This document shows, in pieces, positions 58,263 through 64,000 of a DNA stretch of 64,000 nt. Location of the stretch: contig QHSA01000145.1 of NCBI GenBank assembly GCA_003220315.1, positions 1,087-65,086 of the forward strand. Reading direction: 5' to 3'. Source of the DNA: Candidatus Rokuibacteriota bacterium (GTDB lineage: Bacteria > Methylomirabilota > Methylomirabilia > Rokubacteriales > CSP1-6). Under the pieces are notes generated by a model. That model ran no database searches. It saw only the letters and a list, made by a program, of their open reading frames with translations, and was not told where the DNA came from. The translations under genes were made by a program, and so were the position numbers. Within the stretch, counting starts at the first letter, position 1. Every line of letters begins with the position of its first letter.

Positions 58263-59143
58263 AGCTGGCGGAGCTGGGGGTCGAGCTTCACCCGGAGCCA
58301 GTCGCCCAGGAGGTTCGCGGCGAGCACCATCAGCACGATGCAGCAACCCGGCAGCACCGTGAGCCACCAGTAGCCGGCCATCAGCCCCTTCTTGCCGTCG
58401 GCGAGCATGAGGCCCCACGCGGGCTTGGGGGGCGGCACGCCCACGCCGAGAAACGACAGCGACGCCTCGGTGACGATGACGACCCCCAGCATGAGCGTGG
58501 CGAGCACGATGGCGGAGTTGAGCACGTTCGGCAGGATGTGGCGGCGCATGATCGTCCGCTTGGAGCAGCCCGCGACGATCGCGAGACGCACGAAATCGCG
58601 CTCCTTGAGCGAGAGGACCTCCCCGCGGATCACTCGCGCGTAGCGCGTCCAGTAGACCGCGGCCAGAATGATCACGATGTTCATCTCGCTCGGTCCCACG
58701 ATCGCGGCGAGGAAGATCGCGAAGGTCAGGGCGGGCAGGGCGAGCCAGGTGTCGGTGATCCGCATGATGAGTTGATCCACCCATCCGCCCAGATACCCGG
58801 ACACGATCCCGAGGCCGGTGCCGAGGAGGCCCGCGACGATGACCGCCGTGAAGCCGACGACCATGGAGACGCGGGCGCCGAAGATGAGCCGCGAGAGGAC
58901 GTCGCGCCCGAGGTGGTCGGTCCCGAGGAGGTGCTCCGCACTGCCGCCCGCCTGCCACACGGGCGGATGGAAGCGGTCGCCGAGCGAGCCGATCTCGGGA
59001 TTGTACGGCGTGATCACGTTGGCGAAGATCGCGACCAGCGCGAGCGTCAGGAGGATGAGCGTCGGGAGGAGGGGGAACCCCTCGCTCCGGAAGGCGGCGA
59101 AGCGCCACGCCAGCGTGAGCCCCGCCGCCCGGCTGCCGTTCAT
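58259..59143 (-). CDS. Peptide/nickel ABC transporter permease (DppC/OppC-like).
   Basis: BPD_transp_1 EAA-like motif region and 6 TM helices; 294 aa from MNGSRAAG. Confidence 0.85.
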   Translation of the reverse strand: MNGSRAAGLTLAWRFAAFRSEGFPLLPTLILLTLALVAIFANVITPYNPEIGSLGDRFHPPVWQAGGSAEHLLGTDHLGRDVLSRLIFGARVSMVVGFTAVIVAGLLGTGLGIVSGYLGGWVDQLIMRITDTWLALPALTFAIFLAAIVGPSEMNIVIILAAVYWTRYARVIRGEVLSLKERDFVRLAIVAGCSKRTIMRRHILPNVLNSAIVLATLMLGVVIVTEASLSFLGVGVPPPKPAWGLMLADGKKGLMAGYWWLTVLPGCCIVLMVLAANLLGDWLRVKLDPQLRQL

Positions 59144-60060
59144 CGCTCGTACCGGATCCGCGGGTCGATCACCGCGTAGAGCACGTCCACGATCAGATTG
59201 ACGGTCACGATCATGGCGCCGCCGAGCAGGACGGTCGCCTGGACGACCGGGAAGTCGCGGAACGCGATGCCCTCGTAGAGCAGGCGGCCGACGCCGGGCC
59301 AGGCGAAGACGGTCTCGACGACGACGGCGACGTTCACCATCAGCACGAGGTTGATCCCGGCGAGGGTGAGGACGGGGATGAGGGCGTTCTTGAAGGCGTG
59401 CTTGCCGATCACGAGGGCTTCCGGCAGCCCCTTGAGCCGCGCGAGCTTGACGTACTCGGAGCCGAGGACCTCGAGCATCGACGAGCGCGTGAGCCTCATG
59501 TGCGCCGCCGCGAAGTACCAGCCGAGCGCGAAGGCGGGCATGAGGACGTGGAGCAGGGTGCCCGAGCCGGAGGACGGGAGCCAGCCGAGGTAGACGGAGA
59601 AGAAGAGGATCATGAGCAGGCCGACCCAGAAGGAGGGCATCGAGAGCCCGAGCAGCGCGAAGATCTTCCCCGCGCTGTCCCACCAGCCGTTGACCCGCAC
59701 CGCCGCGACGATGCCCGTCGGGAGGCCGATCACCAGCGAGAACACCATCGCCACGGTCGCCAGGAGGAGCGAGGCGGGCAGGCGGGAGAGGTAGAGCTCG
59801 AGGACGTCCGTCCGGTAGTAGAACGACTGGCCGAAGTCGCCCCGCGCCAGGTGCGCGATGAAGCTCCCGTACTGGACCGGGAGCGGCTGGTCGAGACCGA
59901 ACTGCTGACGGATCGCGTCGAGGTCCGCCTGGCTCGCGCCCGGCTCGACGAGGAGGACGGCCGGGTCGCCGGTGACGCGGACGAAGAAGAAGATCGTCAC
60001 CGACAGGAGGAACAGCGAGACGACCGCGAACCCGAGGCGACGGAGGATGAATCGCCTCAT
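59140..60060 (-). CDS. Peptide/nickel ABC transporter permease (DppB/OppB-like).
   Basis: 306-aa C-terminal part of ORF 59140..61347 starting MRRFILRRLGF. ATGA overlaps on both sides. Confidence 0.85.
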   Translation of the reverse strand: MRRFILRRLGFAVVSLFLLSVTIFFFVRVTGDPAVLLVEPGASQADLDAIRQQFGLDQPLPVQYGSFIAHLARGDFGQSFYYRTDVLELYLSRLPASLLLATVAMVFSLVIGLPTGIVAAVRVNGWWDSAGKIFALLGLSMPSFWVGLLMILFFSVYLGWLPSSGSGTLLHVLMPAFALGWYFAAAHMRLTRSSMLEVLGSEYVKLARLKGLPEALVIGKHAFKNALIPVLTLAGINLVLMVNVAVVVETVFAWPGVGRLLYEGIAFRDFPVVQATVLLGGAMIVTVNLIVDVLYAVIDPRIRYER

Positions 60061-61613
60061 GGCGTTCGGAGGGTGAGATCTTCGTACGGCGCGGAGTACG
60101 CGAAGCCTGGCATCAACCCCATCCCCGACTCCGCGACGCGCGGGCCGATACCGCAGAGAAACGCCAGCTGGTAGATCGGTGCGTGCAACACGTGGTCGTG
60201 GACGACCTTCTGGATCTGATGCAGCAGCGCCCCCCGCTTTTTCCGGTCGAGCTCCCGCGCCTGGCGGTGGAAGAGGTCCTCGACCTCCGGGAGGACCCCG
60301 TAGGCGTAGATGCCGGTCTTCGTCACGTACCCCTCCAGCCGCGTGGCCGCGTTGCCCGACGCGCCCGTGATCCCGAGCAGGACCCCGTGCAGCGTCTTCT
60401 CCCGCCACGCGGTCTGGAAGGCCGCGCGCTCCATCGTCTTGATCCGCGTCCGGATCCCGACGGCCTGGAGATAGCCGGCCAGCGCCTCGCCCATCGAGAA
60501 GTAGGGCGGGAAGGGGTGGAAGTCGCCCGCGTCGAAGCCGTCCGGATAGCCGGCCTCGGCGAGGAGCTCCTTCGCCCGCTTCGGGTCGTAGCGCGGTGGA
60601 TCGAAGGGCAGCGCGAACTCGAAGCTCCGCGGGACGATACTGCCGGTCGGCTGCGAGAAGCCGAGGGTCTCGGCCGCGTTCACCGCCTGGCGGTCGATCG
60701 CCAGGCTCGCGGCCAGCCGCACGCGTGGCTCGTGCCAGGGAGATTTCGGATCCCACTGGTCGGGAAAGTCCAGCCAGAAGACGCCAGCCACCAGCGGCGC
60801 CACCAGCCGCAGACCCGGCGTCCGCCTGATCTCCTCCGCCACGGGACCGCTCAGGAGGTAGACGATGTCGACCTCGCCCTTCTTGAGCGCGGCGGCACGC
60901 GTGGTTTCCTCCGGCATGGCGCGCAGGACGAGCCGCTTGACGCTCGGCGTCTTGCGCCAGTAGCCCTCGAAGGCCTCGAGCACGAGCTCGACACCCGGCG
61001 TGAAGGACACGAAGCGATAGGGCCCGGCGCCGACCGGCGCCTTCTTGAAGCCGTCCTCGCCGACCTTGTCCACGTATTTCTTGGGGACGATCCAGCCCGC
61101 ACCCGTGGCCGAGGTGCCGTAGAAGGTCATGAAGTCCGGCCACGGCTCGCGCAGGTGGAAGCGCACGCGTCCGGGATCGACGACCTGCACCTCGCGCACC
61201 TTTTCTCTGAGCAGCTTGCCCCCGGCGCCCTTGTAACGCTCGAAGGTGAACTTCACGTCCTCCGCGGTGACCGGATCGCCATTGTGGAAGCGCACGCCTT
61301 TGCGCAGGACGAAGTCGTAGCTGAGCGCGTCCTTGCCCATCGTCCACGACTCGGCCAGGCTCGGCCCCATCGCGTGACCCGGCATGGGCTTCACGAGAGC
61401 GTCGTGGAGCGCGTAGTAGAAGAGGAAGGGCGTCAGGATGCCCTCCATCTCAGCCGGGTCGAGCCAGCGCGTCACCAGGCTCAGGTGCACGCCCCAGGTG
61501 AGCTGGCCTTCGGGTCCTGCCGACGCCGGCGTCGGGGTGAGCAGGGCGAGGGCCACGAGGCCCCACAGCGCGAGGCGCCGGGCGATCGGGCCGAGCGTCC
61601 TTGGGTGGTTCAT
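60057..61613 (-). CDS. ABC transporter substrate-binding protein, family 5 (DppA/OppA-like), signal peptide.
   Basis: SBP_bac_5-type fold; 518 aa. Confidence 0.85.
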   Translation of the reverse strand: MNHPRTLGPIARRLALWGLVALALLTPTPASAGPEGQLTWGVHLSLVTRWLDPAEMEGILTPFLFYYALHDALVKPMPGHAMGPSLAESWTMGKDALSYDFVLRKGVRFHNGDPVTAEDVKFTFERYKGAGGKLLREKVREVQVVDPGRVRFHLREPWPDFMTFYGTSATGAGWIVPKKYVDKVGEDGFKKAPVGAGPYRFVSFTPGVELVLEAFEGYWRKTPSVKRLVLRAMPEETTRAAALKKGEVDIVYLLSGPVAEEIRRTPGLRLVAPLVAGVFWLDFPDQWDPKSPWHEPRVRLAASLAIDRQAVNAAETLGFSQPTGSIVPRSFEFALPFDPPRYDPKRAKELLAEAGYPDGFDAGDFHPFPPYFSMGEALAGYLQAVGIRTRIKTMERAAFQTAWREKTLHGVLLGITGASGNAATRLEGYVTKTGIYAYGVLPEVEDLFHRQARELDRKKRGALLHQIQKVVHDHVLHAPIYQLAFLCGIGPRVAESGMGLMPGFAYSAPYEDLTLRTP

Positions 61614-61691
61614 GGGTGCGGCCCTCCCGGGAGGGAGGTTGCGTGATTATCCGTGAACCAGGGGCCTTGTCAACGACTCATGGCGTCAGAG

Positions 61692-62042
61692 CTATTTCTT
61701 CTGGCGGGCGATGATGTCGTCCTTGATCTTGTCGTACGTCGCCTTCGGGATGATGCTCTTGCTGACCAGCTCGTCCTTCCGCTTGTAGGGGCGATTCTCG
61801 ACGATCTTCTTGGCGTAGGCGTCGCCGATCCCGGTCAGCGTCTTGAGGTCGGCCTCCGAGGCGCTGTTGAGATCGAGCTTCTCCTTCCGCTTGCTCTCGG
61901 CCTTCCTGGCGTCGTCGGCCTTCTTCGAGTCACTCTTGGCCGGCGCCTCCTTCTTCGTCGGGGTCTGGGCCTCGGGCGGCGAGGTGCCGAGCGCGACGAG
62001 GGCGAACGCCAGGGTGACCACGAGCGCACCGAGTCCGGCCAT
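61692..62042 (-). CDS. ComEA-like helix-hairpin-helix DNA-binding protein.
   Basis: Signal/anchor, Lys-rich linker and tandem HhH (LDLNSASEADLKTLTGIGDAYAKKIVENRPY). Confidence 0.75.
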   Translation of the reverse strand: MAGLGALVVTLAFALVALGTSPPEAQTPTKKEAPAKSDSKKADDARKAESKRKEKLDLNSASEADLKTLTGIGDAYAKKIVENRPYKRKDELVSKSIIPKATYDKIKDDIIARQKK

Positions 62043-62075
62043 CGCTGTCCTCCGGGGATGGGGTTTCGACTCGAC

Positions 62076-62258
62076 CTAGTCGCTCGCGAGCCTGCCGTTC
62101 CAGCCCCAGTTCGACTTCTCGACGTCCTGGAAGACGATGTGGACCTGGTCGGGCGTGGTCTTGCCGATCTTCACCATCGCCTCCGTGATGGCGGCCGTGA
62201 GCTGCCGCTTCTGGTCCTGGGTGCGTCCCGCGTACCACTGGATCGTGATGTTGGGCAT
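62076..62258 (-). CDS. 4-oxalocrotonate tautomerase family protein (60 aa).
   Basis: N-terminal Pro1 after Met (MPNITIQW...), characteristic size. Confidence 0.7.
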   Translation of the reverse strand: MPNITIQWYAGRTQDQKRQLTAAITEAMVKIGKTTPDQVHIVFQDVEKSNWGWNGRLASD

Positions 62259-62270
62259 GCCGTCGCCTCC

Positions 62271-62594
62271 TCATCTGAGCCGCTTCATGTCGTCGGGGAA
62301 GTTCGAGGTGAACGAATAGGACTTGACCGTCCCGTTCGAGTTGAAGCGGACGGTGAAGTCCTTGCTGGCCTCGCCGCCGACGCCGTACTCGGCGCAGAAC
62401 CAGCGCCACGTCTGGTCGCCGCTGTCGAGCCCGACCTGGTAGGGCTCGCCGAACATCCGCACGAGCGCCGCCTTGTCGGTCACGTTGACGGTGATCTGGG
62501 CGGGCTCGGGCGACGGGAACACGCGTCCGGGGTGGAGCGCACAGGCGGCGGTGGCGAGGACCGCCAGCGCCAGCAGCACAGCGTGTCGTCGCAT
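62271..62594 (-). CDS. Putative lipoprotein.
   Basis: Signal peptide with lipobox-like AACA; no family recognised. Confidence 0.45.
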   Translation of the reverse strand: MRRHAVLLALAVLATAACALHPGRVFPSPEPAQITVNVTDKAALVRMFGEPYQVGLDSGDQTWRWFCAEYGVGGEASKDFTVRFNSNGTVKSYSFTSNFPDDMKRLR

Positions 62595-62607
62595 CCTCAG
62601 CTCCCCC

Positions 62608-63786
62608 TCATGCGAGCGCGACGACGCCGGAGGCGGCGAGACGCTCGATCTCCGCGCGCGCGAGGCCGAGCTCGCCCAGCACCTCGGCGGTGTGCTCGCC
62701 GAGCCGCGGGGCCGGGCGGCGGATCGTGGCGGGCGTCGCCGAAGCGCGGACGGGGAAGGCGAGCATCTTCGCCTGTCCGTAGCCCGGCTGATCGACCTCG
62801 GTCACGAGGCCGAGGTGCTGGACCTGGGGGTCGTCGAACACCTCGTCGAACTCGTAGATCGGCCCGGCGGCGACCTGCGCCGCCTCGAAGCGCCTCACCC
62901 ACTCGGCGGTCGTCGCCCGGGCGAGCGCGGCTTCGATCCGTGCCTGGAGCTCGTCGTGATGGACGAGGCGGCTCTCGTTGGTCGCGAACTTCGGGTCGGT
63001 CGCGAGCTCGTCGTCGCCCAGCACCGCGCACAAGCGCGCATACTGGTCGGGGTTCATGATGACGACCTGGACCCAGCCGTCCTTGGTGTGGAACGCCTCG
63101 GCCGGCGTGAGATTGGGGTTCCGATTCCCGACCCGCGGCGGGCGCGTGCCGGAGTCGAAGTAGTGGGCGACGGGGTCGGGGAGGAGCGCGAGCGTCGAGG
63201 CGAGCAGGTTGACGTCCAGGTGCTGGCCCTGGCCGGTCCGGAGCCGGTGGACGAGCGCGGCGTTCACCGCGCCGAACGCGAGGAACGCGGCGGCGAGGTC
63301 CGCCACCGAGCCGCCGACCTTGGTGGGCGGGCTCCCCGGCTGACCGGTGAGGGCCATGATGCCACTCATCCCCTGCGCGATCGTGTTGTAGCCCGCGCGC
63401 CGCGCGTGCGGCCCGGTCTGACCGAAGCCGGTGACGGATGCGTAGATGACGGACGGGTTTGCGGCGCTCACCGCCTGGTAGCCGAGGCCTAGCCGCTCGG
63501 CGACCCCGGGGAGGAAGTTCTCGACGACGACGTCCGCGCGCCGCGCGAGCTCGAACGCGAGGCGGGCGCCCTCAGGGTGCTGGAGGTCGACCGCGATCCC
63601 CCGCTTGTTCCGGTTGATCGCGGCGAACGTGGCGCTCATGCCGTCACCGCGCCACGCGCGCAGGTCGTCGCCGCGACCCGGGCGCTCGACCTTGATGACG
63701 TCGGCGCCGAGGTCGGCCATGAGCGTCGCGCAGTACGGCCCGGCGATGACCCGCGAGAGGTCGAGGACGTGGATCCCTTCAAGCAT
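62608..63786 (-). CDS. CoA-transferase family III (CaiB/BaiF) protein.
   Basis: N-terminal GIxVLDLSRVIAGPYCxxLLADLGADVIKVE motif. Confidence 0.9.
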   Translation of the reverse strand: MLEGIHVLDLSRVIAGPYCATLMADLGADVIKVERPGRGDDLRAWRGDGMSATFAAINRNKRGIAVDLQHPEGARLAFELARRADVVVENFLPGVAERLGLGYQAVSAANPSVIYASVTGFGQTGPHARRAGYNTIAQGMSGIMALTGQPGSPPTKVGGSVADLAAAFLAFGAVNAALVHRLRTGQGQHLDVNLLASTLALLPDPVAHYFDSGTRPPRVGNRNPNLTPAEAFHTKDGWVQVVIMNPDQYARLCAVLGDDELATDPKFATNESRLVHHDELQARIEAALARATTAEWVRRFEAAQVAAGPIYEFDEVFDDPQVQHLGLVTEVDQPGYGQAKMLAFPVRASATPATIRRPAPRLGEHTAEVLGELGLARAEIERLAASGVVALA

Positions 63787-64000
63787 CGTCCGGGTCCGAG
63801 CCGCGGTCGAGGAAACCCTCCGTCATCGCGTTGACCTCGGGGATGCCCGCGCGGGTGATGGCGTTGATCCGCGCCTTGGCTTCCGCCAGCGGCCTCGCGG
63901 GCTTGGCGGCGAGCAGCTCGACCCAGGCGCGCGCCTCTTTGAGGAGCGACGTGCCCGGCACGACGCGGTGGAGGAGGCCCATCGCGTGGGCGTCGGCGGC
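63779..64000 (-). CDS. Enoyl-CoA hydratase/isomerase (crotonase) family protein, 5' partial (runs off the window end).
   Basis: C-terminal crotonase helices. The frame is open to the window edge. ATGA-type overlap with the CoA-transferase start. Confidence 0.65.
   Translation of the reverse strand, partial: AADAHAMGLLHRVVPGTSLLKEARAWVELLAAKPARPLAEAKARINAITRAGIPEVNAMTEGFLDRGSDPDDA

Noticed and set aside
56290-61347. Extended N-termini of ORFs 56290..57594, 57285..59108, 58259..59683 and 59140..61347.
   Set aside because: The conserved ABC ATPase and permease sequences start at internal start codons (57288, 58262, 59143, 60060). The extensions are out-of-frame read-through of upstream genes.

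Overview
High-GC (~70%) bacterial chromosomal window with almost no non-coding space.

It starts with a Liv-type branched-chain amino-acid ABC operon (livK 3' end, then livHMGF), with a textbook intrinsic terminator between livK and livH. Next come an MBL-fold hydrolase, a divergent gamma-glutamyl pair (PuuD-like amidotransferase and GGT), and a MaoC-like dehydratase with an MFS transporter.

A minus-strand proteostasis cluster follows: clpB, a DnaJ-like gene, degP/htrA and ftsH. An AT-rich promoter island sits just upstream of the DnaJ-like gene's start codon.

The centre of the window (about 16.8-35.3 kb, all plus strand) is a respiratory supercluster:
- an orphan CydA-like (cytochrome bd superfamily) protein plus three c-type cytochromes;
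- two paralogous cupredoxin-like proteins bracketing an aa3-type haem-copper oxidase operon (coxB, coxA, ctaA, ctaB, a small ORF, two subunit III paralogs, subunit IV, DUF983);
- a tightly coupled, apparently undescribed module: a USP-USP-3xPCP_red/zinc-ribbon protein, a NirJ/Ahb-family radical SAM/SPASM enzyme with a C-terminal PCP_red domain, a small membrane protein and an Mrp/ApbC Fe-S carrier, followed by a NudC-like Nudix gene. The operon-end call rests on the convergent minus-strand gene that follows.

Downstream are a PAC2 gene, an M23 peptidase, a histone-like basic ORF and a squalene/phytoene-synthase-family gene. A GlcG-like gene carries a perfect 66-bp tandem duplication. Then come a Cas4-like Fe-S nuclease, an aldolase and NudL, followed by an SDR gene and a TlpA-like redoxin. 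The redoxin has an in-frame TGA exactly at the catalytic Cys position, with a hairpin right after it, making it a selenoprotein candidate.

Next are a further SDR, an LMW-PTP gene and a tandem array of four near-identical TAT-signal solute-binding protein genes. The array shows recombination scars, an inserted small-ORF/nucleotidyltransferase pair and an antisense retropepsin-like gene. After that come SCO1, a histidine kinase / REC / REC-cyclase trio, a minus-strand dppABCDF-like operon, ComEA, a tautomerase, a lipoprotein, a CoA-transferase and a partial crotonase gene.

No rRNA, tRNA or CRISPR array was seen. Several families of intergenic palindromic (REP-like) repeats and one inverted-repeat-bounded 250-bp element are present. 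All functional calls are from reading the translations by eye; none is database-verified.
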